A stretch of DNA of 64,000 nt. Source: Spirogloea muscicola. Taxonomy: Eukaryota. Positions 1 through 13,100 of this stretch are shown piece after piece (within the stretch, counting starts at the first letter, position 1; every line of letters starts with the position of its first letter). A model generated the notes under the pieces. That model was not told the DNA's origin and did no database searches. It saw nothing but the letters and a program-made list of their open reading frames with translations. The position numbers and the translations under genes were made by a program. The DNA is taken from the NCBI GenBank assembly GCA_009602725.1, contig WELB01000003.1, positions 1,004,332 through 1,068,331 of the forward strand, read 5' to 3'.

Positions 1-2091
1 CGGCGGCGGCGGCGGCCGCGGCCGTGGCGGCGAGCTCGTGGCAGCGCGAGGGCGCGCCTGGCGCGGCGCTCTCCGACGACCTCTGGCTCGCCGTCCTCGA
101 GCGCCTACCCGTGGCAAGCGCCGCCCCCTACGCCGCACTGTCCGCATGGCCCCGGCCACGACGCCGCCGCCGTCGCCGCTGCAACCGCCGCCGAATGCCC
201 CTGATTTTTGATTAGTTGATTGATTGATTGATTGATTGATTAATTAATTGATGATTGAGTAATTGCTCAATTAGTTGATTTAAGCTGCACTTAGCCTCGC
301 CTCTCTGTTACATGGCTGTCTGGCCAGCAATTGCGGCGGGGTCACCGGCAGTCCTTGCGCCGCCCTGGCTCCGCCTAGCCTCGCGGAGGTCTCGGAATTA
401 GGGTTGCGATCAGGGCCAGAGCCTTGGTGATCGTGGTCCGGACCCATTGGCAGGGCTCGACGCGACCAGCTGACGGCGGCCCCCGTGCGCTGTCGCAGCT
501 AAGAAGAACTTAAACATAGAAATGATCAATAGGATCATACGATAACGAAGGCCGTGCTGTACAGCGGACGTATGGTGACCCGCAATGGCAGCATGGCCTT
601 GATCATTTGATGACGATTCTGATTCTCCTCTGCAGGAGAGCCTGCCAAGCCTGGCGGCGACCTGCCGGTACTGGCGGGACGTGCTGGCCGACCCCGCGCC
701 ATGGGCGCGCGTCTTCGCCCGCACCTGGGGCCTGCGGCGCGTCGTCGGCGCGCCCAGCGGCACCTCCTTCTGGCGCGGCTCGCTCTCGCAGTTCGCCTGG
801 AGCCACCGGGTCTCCCGCCTCGACTCCGTCGCCGGCCTTGCCATCAAGTACAACGTGCAGGTCCCCAGAACCTCAGGCCCTTAACCCCAGTTAAACCCTG
901 ACACAGACCTGGCACAGCAAGTTGCCACCGAGGTACAGCCTGAGGCCAGGCCAGCGCTCCTGGCTCGAGGCTCGTGCCGCTGTGAACCGCGGCGGCATGG
1001 CTCTCTGCGAGGCCGCTTCACTGGCCCTGGCCCAGCGTCGGCTTGCGTCGCACATTCGCAGCATGTCTCCATGATCCGAGAAGTCTTGAGGTTTACGCAC
1101 TCCATGTTGGCCGTGGCTGTCATACACCATATGGATAACTGGGAGGTGCACGATGGCATGGGCAGGGTGCTGCATCCTGACCGCTATCATGGGCTTGGTG
1201 GCGCAATGGTGGTGAAACAGTTGACGGACATTCGGCGGCTGAACAACATGATCAGCGACCACGGAATCCACTCCCGCGAGCGCCTGCTCATCCCCGTCGG
1301 CGATGCTGCCGACCTCGCTGGCCGCGAGGCCTTTGTTGAGCTGGACCAGGACGCGCGGCGCGAGGTGGCCGTCCTCTACCCAGACGACGGCGGTGAGGAG
1401 GCCTCCGCTGCTGCTGCAAGGTATGCATGTCTCGCCAGCTACATTTACATTCATGATTTTAGAATGCATTGACACAAAAAGCTATGAATCTCTATGATAA
1501 GGGAAGCCAGGCCGCCTGCAACAGGTCCACCCGCAGACCGTGGTGGTAGACTGCTTATCGTGCGCCCGAACACGTTTCCCAGCCCCGCTCTCCGCTCTCC
1601 GCTCTCTGCTCTCCAATTTGATGCTTCCTTAGAGCTTGCCTTGTTGTAGCTTGATTGGCGGTCTTGCTTTCCAGACTCATTGTCTGGTCAACGACGTGGC
1701 TGAAAGACCCGGGCCACGGATATGGGTGGAGTTACTCAGTGTTGCAAGATGGACCTCTAGCTTTGTCAACACGCAACCAACTGTGCAAATGCAAGGGCTT
1801 ATTCCTTCTCCGTCAGCTCTTTGACCAGCAACCTGATGTACCTCCACTGACCATGGCGACTGCAGGGCACGGGCGAAAGCTGAGCAGCGGCTAAGAGCTA
1901 AGCTGGTAGCGACGCTGCGCAAGAGCTTGGGCGTTGATGATGGGACAGCAGCTTACTATCTCGCCCTCTCCGGCGGCTCTGTCAAGGGTGCCTACACCGA
2001 CTTCCTTGAGGACCTGCAGTGGGAGAAAGAGAGGCGGGAGGCTCGTGCACCGCGGAGCAATTGCTCCAACCGAGTCCAACTCGCCCCCTGA
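1..2091 (+). CDS. F-box/LysM-domain protein (At1g55000-like), 4 visible exons, 5' end probably upstream of the window
   Basis: Spliced reading LSDDLWLAVLERLPV|ESLPSLAATCRYWRDV (F-box); HRVSRLDSVAGLAIKYNVQ|LTDIRRLNNMISDHGIHSRERLLIP (LysM); last exon ~1866-2091 LRKSLGVDDGTAAYYLALSGG...FLEDLQWE matches the plant family C-terminus; TGA ends at 2091. Confidence 0.85.
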
Positions 2092-3687
2092 CCTGTATGC
2101 TAGACAGAAATCTGGAGGGAAATTAGTAAGCATGCCATTGCAGCCAGTGTATAGTTGTGAAGTACAACATAGATACAGACACGGATTACCAATTGTACGA
2201 GCTCGGCGTGCTCACGTGTACAGAGGTGCTCTCGCCTACAGGAAGTCAAGTGGCTTCCTTGCCGCTGCTGGAATAAGCCCAATGAAGTGCAATGCACCTG
2301 CTCGGCCTTTCATTCCATCGTTCACTTAGTTGATCCACGTGCTGTGATTGTGGTGCTTTTTACTGCAAGAGAAACAGGAAATGCTTTTGGGCGTCCAAGC
2401 GGCAACGCCTGACTTCATGAGCGAGCTCGCAATTCAATTGACATATATCTGAATAGAGACTGCTGATACTCTACATTGGCCGGAGTCATGACCACCCAGT
2501 CTGAACCTGGAATCGAAGCTCCCCTGAGGCCACACGCTTCATGCGCTGTCGTTGATTACCCCATCAACCACGTCTCTGTCTTCGTTGCTCTACTTGTCGG
2601 TCTTCCCTTGCGTATAGCAATGTTGGCAAGTCCATGTGATGATGTTCTTTGTCACCTGAGGCCCAGCCGCTTGCTGGCAGATCGTTCTGTGACTGGCGAT
2701 GGCACAGCTTCACGGCTAGCACCACCACTTGGTGCCATCTCATCCACAGGATAGGGACAGCAGACTTAGAAACGAACCCTGGTCTTGAAGGCCATGGAAG
2801 AATGCACTCGGACAATTTGAGCTCCAGGTGGTGTATGCATGCAGGCGCGTCACTCAGAATGAGTGGAGGGGAGCTCTGGCATACCTCGCAGACTTCAGCA
2901 TTTGCATGTTGACTACATCTGACAAGCTTAGCACAGTCATCTCACGAATCAATGTTCCATCACTCTGAGGCCAAGGTTAACATCATATATAAGTATGACT
3001 AAAGAGAGAACATATCACGTTGGCCTAGCCACTTCCAGAGACCCCACTTCGTGAGAAATGTGTCGTGAGATAGGTATGCAATGTGAGATAGTGGAGCGCT
3101 GGTGGAGCCAGCTCAACAAAGCAAGACCAGATTGTGCCATCGTCGCACATTTTGTTCTCGTTTTACTTCAATCAGGTAAAGAGGTCGACAATTACCTCCT
3201 GTAGTGCAGGATTGAGGCTGGTCTCTATACCAGCCTTCCAGAGACGACACGAATTGGAAAGGGGCACGTGGCCTGGGTAGCTGCCATTTCATGAGCATAG
3301 ACTCATTTCTTGAAGCTCTGGGAGCAAGGAAATGAAACAGATGAAACATATAATATGTTTCATCTGTCTTTTATATAAATATATATATATATATCTATAT
3401 ATAAAGCGTAAGCAAGCATCTGGAAAACCACTTCGCAAGGGCTTCAATGAGTTGTATCTTGAGCAGCTTGGATTCCAAAACGTATGCAGAAAACGTCGAG
3501 ACGATTTTATTCAGGTCATTCCTCAGGCGCTTGATAGCACAAGACTTCAACTTAAGATTATCGAACACGACAAAGCGTGCAGGCGCTTGAGGCACAAGAC
3601 ATCAAGTGTAGAATATGGAACACAACGAGTGCTGAACACAATATTTGTATATCTGGTCATGCTGGGCAAGTCCAGTATGGAGCTCAA

Positions 3688-6600
3688 TCAAAGGTCGTGC
3701 CGATTGGCAATGTACGAGGGTAGGTCTGGTTCAGCGCTCGGTGGCCGCTGAAAGTAAATGGCAAAGAGCATGCCAAGGAGCGGCAGTGCAACCATCCACT
3801 TGAGCAGGCGGTAACAGTGGAGGTGGAATGAGAGAGCAAATTCATCGTAGAAGTAGAAGCCGTGCTCGTCCTCCATCTCCACCATGACTGATGCCGCCAG
3901 CGCCCGGATCGGCGGACTTGGAATGCGCACCGAGTATACCCCGGGGCTGGCATATGTCCGCGAGTCCACCCTCTTGCGCATGCCATGGAGCAGCAACCAC
4001 ACCTGCATAATATGCATTGTTTTGGGGATTGCAAACCATATGCTAACAGTTGCATACTGACTCATTCTTGGTGCTAGCTCTTCAAACCCAGACTCAGGGA
4101 ATCGATCTTGCATTGTGCTATCTGCATGTGCTGTGGCTGCAAAAGCGGCTCGAGGTTGCACTGAAGGACTCACTGTCACGCGGTAATTGCCACTTGTGAC
4201 GGGCGCTGAAGCCCGCGGCTTAAGCGACGCCTTGGCATCTACAATCTGGAAGTGCACAGTGAATGCCTCAGCGCTGATGTCCTGGAAGGACCTCGACCGC
4301 TGCAGAAAGTGGATGCCCTTGTTGTTGAGCCGCGGTGACACCACATTACGGCCCTGCAACTGACTGGGCCATGCCTGCAGTGCAAAGAAAGGAACGTCAG
4401 CATTGCCCATCAACAAACCAAGCTCGTTCTCCCACATTCTCCCTGTGCAATGGGAAGCATTGACAGTCTATACAGAAGCACGGAAGTGGGAAATCTAAAT
4501 TCTGTGGCTAAGTGACATGCACCTCCACATTGCCTTTATTGCATAGCAGGGTTCAACCTTCAGGGGATGGTAGGGCGCCAGCGTCTGGAAGCAGTACACG
4601 TTGCCATTCATGGTGGTGACAACAAGATCAAGGTCACGGTCGAGGCCATCGCCACCATCAACGTTGTCGGCGAGGACCATGCTGTAGGACGTCTCGCCCA
4701 CGTCGATTGCGTCGGCGCATGCTGTCGCGCCATCGATGATGTACAGGTAGCCATCGAACGAGGTCACGACGAGTGCGAGCGCAGTGGACTGGCTGCTAGT
4801 GCTGCGGCCCAAGTCCACAAGGAGGACCGGCGCCATCACTCGACCATGCGTGCGGAATGGGAAGCCGCCCACATCCGTGCCGTCTGCTCCCCGCATCACG
4901 TAAATGTGGCCCGACGTCGTGCCCAGAACGACCTCAGTCGAGCCGTCGCCGTTGACGTCTCCAACGGTGGCGCCCTTCACCATGAGCCGAACGTCAGAGA
5001 AGGCTGAAATGAGTCCTCCAGGGGAGCAACTCATCTCTTCATGGTGCTTGAGTCGACTCTGCCGATGTTCAAGAGCAACGAAAAGTCTTCAGGACAGCAC
5101 CAGTGAGTGTGATCAAATTCAATTATTTCTGAAAGTACCTGCGCAATCAGGCTTCCCACATGTCGCTCCCACACCTCCTTCCCGTAGATGTCAAAGGTGG
5201 CTATGTTACCCCTCGTGTCAGCCGCCACAAGCTCCAGCTTGCCATCGTCGTTGATGTCTGACACCACCACCTGCCCTTGGACCTCTCCCAGCTGGATGGG
5301 GAAATTATCTCTCGTGTGACCTATCCACTCAACTTGAGCTTGTTAGCTTCCTAAAGCTGACTTCTTGACTGCTTCCTATTACAAATGGAAGCTGAATTTT
5401 GTCAAATCACAGGCCAGAGGGTCCATCAGATCTTGGGTTTGTCATACCAGTATGATCGAGGCAGTAGATGAAACCGACGGATGTGCCGACGATGATGTCG
5501 AGTGAGCCGTCGCCGTCGAGGTCGACAACTGTTGGGGCAGAGTAGATGTACGCCCGGTACTGCGTGGAGTCCGTGGTGAGGTCCAAGTGGACTTGCCACT
5601 TGACTTGCTGAGTAGCCAGGTTGAAAACCACGATGGCGCACGCGACGTACTTGTTCAATATTATGTCTTTGTCCACTTCACCCTGGTGTGCGGGGTCCTC
5701 ATAATATCTATCCACAAATAGAGCAGGCCCATGATCAGCACCAATCTATTGCGTGCTCACTGCAATGGTATTTTGTCAAAGAGCGTCCGAAGACAATCTC
5801 TTCCCTGCTGCATGACTGGCAGGCCCATGAATTGACAATTGGTTCACACTTTATGCAATTAGATGTGCAGTTTCGTGCCAATTAGTATAGCTCCTAAACA
5901 CCCTGCCTCTTTTGCTCTTGATCAGACAATGCTATGCACAGAAATGGGGCAGCTTTTGTGCTCACTCGCGGTCAAAAAAGTAGGTGGCAGCCACAACCAT
6001 CTCGTCTGTGCCGTCCTTGTCAATGTCAGCGATGACCTGAACAGGGAGCACAGGGCAGCTTCAGCTCTGCCTAGGTGCCACTATCCCAGACATCCAACTG
6101 GCCAAACTCAGACCAGCCTTCTGACTACTTTGCAATTTCAATGAGGCTAGCAGGTATTCTGGCTCACAGGTTCGGACAGAACTAATGCATGTAAGCAGAA
6201 AACGAACTACCAATTTAATTAAGGTAAAAGAGTACTACAGGACCACTATCAGGACGAGTACGAAAGGATTCGCAGCCCTTGCACTGCAAGCTGAAGTGAA
6301 GCCTACAAATTGCTGAATGATACACACCACAACAACCATCAACAACCCTGGCAATGGAGAACTACCTCGGGTTAAGGGCATGCAGTGCTACCGGGGTGCA
6401 GAGAATGTGGGCGTCCACCGCCACCGTCCCAGCCTCGTCGGTCTCTCGCTCCGTCTCATCCCAAGCCTCGTCTGCCCACAGGTCGTCGTTCCGGTACTCG
6501 TCATAGTCGTCGTACTGGTACTCATCGTGTCGCGGGTGCAATGCAGGATCATCGGCGTCGCCACCTGCGGCTTCCTCCCCTTCCTCGGGTTCCTCGAAGT

Positions 6601-9600
6601 CATCCTGGAACAGTGGCGTGGACGAGTCGACACTTAAGTACAGAGCACAGCTCATGCCACCAAGTGCGACTCTATATGAGCTTCTCTTAGCTTCTTCTTT
6701 GATGAAATGAGCTAATCAGTGTCACCTTTGATTCCTTATTTCATCCAAAGACCGAATGTCAAAATTGTAGCATATGTATGCAACATCGCATGTCTATGCC
6801 TAGCAGGACCTTGAATACGTCAAACGACTCAATGGCCTCGTCGTCCATGCCCTCCTGCTCATTCTCGGCCGTAGCCTCCTGCAGCAGCCGCCGCCGCCCT
6901 TGACCTCCAGCGCCACCTGCTGCCTGCTCTGGCTGGACCGGCTGGCCACCTCTTGGTTCCTGAATGTGGCCGCCCTCGAGCTTCAAACGCTCATTTTTGT
7001 CCGGTGGTAGCTCAAAGCCGTGCTCAGTCATGTCCGGCTTGTTGCGGCCACGCCCGGGCTCGCCAAAGCCCTGCTGCTGCGTCGTCACCGGCGGGGTGTC
7101 ACCACCACCTGCCGCCGCACCATCCGCCTGCTGCTGCTGCTGATGCGCCTGCTGCCATGCATCATAGACCTCCTTGTCTCGAAGATACTTCTGATATTCG
7201 GTGAAGTCCTGCATCTGCTTCGCGACGCCGTCAGCCTGCGGCGCTGGAGGTGTGCCCACGCCAACTGCTTGTTCTCCAACTGGAGGCTGCTCGAGGACCT
7301 CCCCATGTGTTCCAAGCAGCGGCTCGTTGTGGCCTGTGCCACTGGCAGCTTGGCCGTGGGTGTCGTTCAATACCGTTGTGACTTCCGTGCCGTTGGCAGC
7401 CTTGCCGTGGGTGTCGTCCGGTACAGCCGACCCATCATCAACATTTTCTGCAAGTAATAGCTCGTCAGGTTCTAGCATTACTCCCCTGTAACCTTTGACT
7501 CTAGAATCTGGTCAGTACTTAGCACGGACTCCCCTGTAAACTTTGACTCTAGAATCTGAACTTCACTGCTTGTCACCTGAATTGCTGCCGGCTCCCCTAC
7601 ATGAAATTCACAGTAGCAAGAGCCATATCCAACTTTTCACCAACTCTGGCTGGCCAGGCCAGGACTTCCAAGCTCAGCTAGTAAACCACTCGTCATTCCT
7701 CCTGACTGGAACATGCCGCAGCACTTTGCAGTCGGGCCCAGGAGGGGTACCATGCATGTGATCTACTGCCATGCAGAGGACCCCAGTGTCATCGCAGTCC
7801 GCACCCGTTTTGGGGCCGTCGGTCGGTGGCGTGGGTGGCGTCGGCGATGTCGAGTTGATCAGGCCGACCATGGATCCCAAGGCACCAAGCGCTCCGGCAC
7901 CTGCGCTTAATGAACCAAGACCTTCTAAGTCACATTGATTACTAAAGTGTGAGCGATACAGAAAGTAAGTGGGGGGCTAATCATAGGACTATTCTCACAG
8001 CTTTCACAAAAACGAATGCAACCACTCGCAAAATGGGTTCTGCCCAAGCAGAGGTCAAGGCCTGAGTCAATGTCTATCAGCACATGTTGAGGAGCTGACC
8101 CATGTCCACCATGGACTTGAGGATGCTGCCACCCTCCTGATGCACAACATCGTTGTGGCCCACGGCCTCGTGCCCTGCTCCTGGCGGCTGCTCACCAGTT
8201 CCGCCATGAGCCCCATCCAGCTTGTCCGCGGGCGCCTGACCTGCCTCCTTGTCGCCCACCTGACCTGTATGCTCGGGTGCAGGGTAAGGAAGCAACTTGT
8301 TGGGGTCAAAGGTCAAGAGCAAGCGTTTCAGATCTGTACTGACATTCCATCACCTTCGAAGCTGCTTGATGCAGATTGGATCTCATAAGGATTACCAATC
8401 GCAATGTTATCAACACAAATGCTTCTCCTGAGCACACATGTTGGTTCTTGCTGATTGTGTGGTCTCCATGTGCAGCATGAGCGACTTGTTTGGCAAGGAC
8501 ACTCTGACTAACTTCAGCTTCAGTGGCATTTATATCTCCGAGTACTCTGTGACAAAACGAGGAGTCGTCGATGACCCTGTCTGCCAGACCTGGGGGGGCG
8601 CCGTCGCCAGCGTGGTCGACGATGTCGGCGTGGATGTCGGGGTGCTCATGGTCCACATGGTCGGGGTCCAGCCCGACGTACCAGTCCCGCTTGACGCGCA
8701 GCCGTGGCACGACCAGCTTCTCCGCCAGCTGGTGGCCTGCCGGGCTGTGCAGGTGGCCACATTGGTGAATGGCCCACGTCACAACAGCCAAGACTCATGT
8801 CAACCCACGTATTATCTAATGGCCATAGTCAAATACTGTGAGAGAAGAGTCAAGAACAAAGTCATAGGTCCAAACCTCAGGTGTGAGCGCTAGCGATATA
8901 GCCTGCCCAAGGTCGTGCACTGGTTGCAGGCGCGCTGCACACCTGAAGAAGAGGACCTCGCCGTTGTAAGTCGCCAGAGCAATCTCCTGGACGCCGTCGG
9001 CGTTGACGTCGTGGAGCAGCGGGCTGGTGTGGACGCTGGACTTGTGGAACGCGGGCCACGCGCCTGCAAGGAGCAGTCACAGTGCCACAGCAGCACTGTC
9101 AGTGTCTGCTCCAACGTCAGTGCAGGGCAGCAGCTGACTCGAGCACGGCTCTCAAGAGTGGGAATCGAGGGTGTGCCGCTAAGGCCGGCCCAACCACACC
9201 CGGTTCCGGAGCTCACCGGGGAGCTTCTCGCCGTCAGCTCCGTCCAGGACCTCCAAGTAGTGCACGAACGCCGGGACGACGATCTCGAGCTTCCCATCGC
9301 TGCGACGAGCCGCGGTAGCCACAAAGCCCTCTGTGGCGGTCACTGGCAGAAGGCATACGCAGCTGAGCCGCTGCGGAAGTCGTGCAGGAGGGCCTCCACG
9401 GGGCATCGCAGGCGAGCACGGGACTCTGGCGACGGCGGCAGCGGCGGCGGCGCAGCACTCACCGGTTGATGTCGGCGATGAGCGGCGAGGCGTAGATGCT
9501 GGAGCTGACCTCGGCCTGCCACCGCAGCTCCACGTGCCGCGGGCACTGCGTGTTGGCCAGCGACTCCTCGTCGCTGCCGCCAGCAGCGACGGCGGCGGCG

Positions 9601-9891
9601 GCGGCACCCATAGCCACAGTCAGCGCCGCAGGAGAGGGCAGGCCGCAGCCAGGAGCGGCAGCGCGGCGGAGAAGGGCCAGCGGCCATGCAACCGTGTGCA
9701 TCGGCTAGCTCGGAGCGGCGGAGGCTCACATGGCCGGCATCTCCTCGCCGTCGGCGTGCGCGTCGCGCTGCAGGAACTTGTTGTCGGGGTCCAGCGCCGC
9801 GTCGTCGCGCGCTATGGGGTCCGACAGCTGCCCCGCCGCCAGCGCCGCCGCCGCCGCCAGCGCCAGCGCCAGCCGCAGCAGCAGCGCCGCC
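3688..9891 (-). CDS. DEX1: DEFECTIVE IN EXINE FORMATION 1-like FG-GAP/beta-propeller membrane protein, multi-exon; start lies in the N-gap
   Basis: Signal-peptide-like [19 protein letters not shown] at the gap edge; [93 protein letters not shown]-terminal [24 protein letters not shown] followed by a TM segment. Confidence 0.92.
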
Positions 9892-10503
9892 NNNNNNNNN
9901 NNNNNNNNNNNNNNNNNNNNNNNNNNNNNNNNNNNNNNNNNNNNNNNNNNNNNNNNNNNNNNNNNNNNNNNNNNNNNNNNNNNNNNNNNNNNNNNNNNNN
10001 NNNNNNNNNNNNNNNNNNNNNNNNNNNNNNNNNNNNNNNNNNNNNNNNNNNNNNNNNNNNNNNNNNNNNNNNNNNNNNNNNNNNNNNNNNNNNNNNNNNN
10101 NNNNNNNNNNNNNNNNNNNNNNNNNNNNNNNNNNNNNNNNNNNNNNNNNNNNNNNNNNNNNNNNNNNNNNNNNNNNNNNNNNNNNNNNNNNNNNNNNNNN
10201 NNNNNNNNNNNNNNNNNNNNNNNNNNNNNNNNNNNNNNNNNNNNNNNNNNNNNNNNNNNNNNNNNNNNNNNNNNNNNNNNNNNNNNNNNNNNNNNNNNNN
10301 NNNNNNNNNNNNNNNNNNNNNNNNNNNNNNNNNNNNNNNNNNNNNNNNNNNNNNNNNNNNNNNNNNNNNNNNNNNNNNNNNNNNNNNNNNNNNNNNNNNN
10401 NNNNNNNNNNNNNNNNNNNNNNNNNNNNNNNNNNNNNNNNNNNNNNNNNNNNCCGCCGCAGCCCGCTGAGGCGCCGCCGCCGCCGCCGCCGGGCTGTCGC
10501 AGG

Positions 10504-13100
10504 AACAACGAGTGCCCCGCCTGCCGCGCGCACTGCGCGAGCCGGCGGTCGCTGCGCGACGACCCCAACTTCGACGCCCTCGTCGCCGCGCTCTACCCGG
10601 ACGTCGACCAGTACGAGGAGGAGGTGCGTGACGGTGCCGCCTAGCCTTAGCTGTAGTCAACTTACTGTGAAGTTACCATAAGGTTACTGTTTAGGAAAGC
10701 CACTGAAGCCCCAACCTCAAGTTCCTCACTGTGCCACTATGCCAAGCTCACTAACTTGGCATAGTGGCATAATAAGGAACACTGAACTAATACTCTTATC
10801 CCGGCCCTGACCCTCGCACTAATTGTACCCAAAAAGCTCATCAGCTCCGAACATCCTCCAGGAGTGAAACCCACATTGTGAATCTCTCAAGGCGGGCTGC
10901 GGTTGCCGCCGCGGCCAGCAGCGTGTCCAGCAGCGGCTGGGAATGGCCGCTAGTCATGGCCGCCTGTCCTCGCCGCCGGGGCTGTGCTGAGCTCTTGTCT
11001 AGCGGAGCCTGCAGCCTCTGCTCTGCTGCTGCCGTTGTGCCCGACACCCAGCGCTGAGCCCGCCGCGGAGGGGCTGCCGCAGGAGACGGCCCTGCTCGAC
11101 CACGAGAGCCAGCGCAACAAGGAGGTGCGCTGGCCACACACCTTCCAGCAAGGAGCGCCTCTCTACTCCTTGACGTCAGAGCGCCAGCGCGTTCCCACAT
11201 GATGGTGCCCTCGCTGCCGGTCGCCACCAATCTCTGCTGTTGTTGGCCGGGCTGCCACCGCAGATCCAGGACCACATTGCGCAGACGTACGAGCGGCAGG
11301 CCCAGGCCCTGCAGCGCCGCCGGCACTCTGGCACACCCCAGCGTGGCGGCAGCCACAGAGGTGCGGCCAGGGTGATCGCAAGCCTCCAAATGCCTGCTGT
11401 CAGACCGCGAGGCAGCCTACTGATGTGCAGGGTGACAGGCTACAAGAACCTTCCAGGCTGTTCCTGTTGGCGCTGTTGTTTGTAGTCATTAGCTGTAGTG
11501 AGCATCAGCATGGCGAGTGCAAGGTTTGGGGTTTACACTGTCCATGGTCTCTCATTCTGGACTCAGGGGTTCGAGTCGGGATGAGGGTGTAGCTTGGCCT
11601 TGGTCTTCAAAGCCTTGCAGCAAGGCTCTGATTGCATGGCACGATGGACTGGTCGACAGTGGCTGAGGGCTGGCCCGACTGTGGCGCTGCAGCAGGACGA
11701 GGCCGGGGGCTGAGCAGGAGTCCTGGTGGATTCGGCGGCGCAGCGCCAAGGGTGCTGCAGCGCCAGCTGCTGCGCGCCGAAAACGACGCTGCTTACTCCT
11801 CCAATTCCGATGGAGAGAGCGAGGGCGACGCTGTCCAGGAGGTGCCGCCAACGAGCACTGATGCGGACGTCCATTCATACACGTATATCCTTGTAATGCT
11901 TCGGGGTACATGACATTTGTATATCTGATGCAGTAACTTAATCAGTTCTGCGCCAGTGCGCTCTGAAAGTGGGTGCAGGAGAGCAAAGGCGAGCAGGATG
12001 ACAGCCACATTGCAATTGGCGAGGCCTTCCCCAGCACTGACGGTGGCCAAACGAAGGAGGCGGTCACCTTCGAGATCGAGTCCAGCCGCATTGCATATCT
12101 GAGGGGCCGACTTGCATCAACGTGCTCGGCCGCGCTGTTTGACGCACTCGTCGCGGCTGGCCGCGAGAGCGCAGCCAATGTGAGTGCTTGGAGCTCCTGC
12201 AGCAACGCAGCCTCATGCCTTTTCTTAACACATTCAACCATGGCTGTGTGGATCTGCTGCTCAGTGTCAGTGCTTCTGACCTGGTTCGTCAAAGTATGGT
12301 CTTGAATCCTCACCACCTGGCGGTTGTCATGCTCCTCGCAAGATGGAAGTTCACTTCAGCGTGCACCCTGCGGAACAGGCCACCACCAGTGGCAGCAGCA
12401 GTGGTGGCCTGCAGGCTTTGGAGCGTCCGAACCTCTGCTGTGTGCCCAGCATCACCATTGGCCAACTCTGCAAAGTCAGCCTCTCAGCGGTCAACTTTGT
12501 GGATTATGATGCAGCTTGAGGTTCTCAATAGCCCCATAATTAGAGCATAGCCGTGATTGTCTAAGTCAGCCAGTGCATTGTTTCTGCCGGCCATCATGCA
12601 GTTCCTCAAGAGCCGCCTGACCTTGCCGCCCTACACCGAGGTGGAGCTCCTGGTGGAGGGGCCGGGGCAAGGCCTGCCGGGCAGCGGTGACGGTCGCGCC
12701 AGCGGCAGCAGCCCTGCCCTGCTGGTGCTGGCGTCCAGCCTCTCGCTCGGCGGCATGCTCGCGACACACTGGGATCGCCCGACGGACCCGGTGAGCTCGG
12801 CTGGCTCGGCTCGCCCACACCACTGACAAGGTCCACCGTCGCGGCCACTTTATATCAATTAGGGGTCAGTGTTTAGGGTCAAGTTTAGATCAAAGACCAT
12901 CTTGCAAATGGCGCTGTTGCTTGGTGTTGCACAGAACAGCTAAGGCAATGGCAATGACGCACAGGTGTAATCGTGTCAGGGCGGCACACAAAGTTGGCTG
13001 TGTAGATGCTTTATTGAGCCGAGCAGGAGGTTGCTTGAGCCATCTGATTGTGGTCTTCTTGTACAATACCAGGTGCTTCTCTTCCGCTTGAAGCCAGGTT
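10504..13100 (+). CDS. RING1: PRC1 RING1a/b-like E3 ubiquitin ligase (RING C-terminal half + RAWUL domain); 5' part in the gap, 3' end uncertain
   Basis: [40 protein letters not shown] (10504-10623) is the plant RING1 signature; RAWUL-like MEVHFSVHP...[37 protein letters not shown] (12343-12790); probable exon VLLFRLKP at ~13073. Confidence 0.85.

Noticed and set aside
7481..7558. 30-bp direct repeat (ctcccctgtaa.ctttgactctagaatctg) at a DEX1 intron/exon boundary
   Set aside because: Simple local duplication with no sign of a mobile element.
9333..10681. Long ORFs spanning the first N-gap
   Set aside because: Artefacts of translating N runs.
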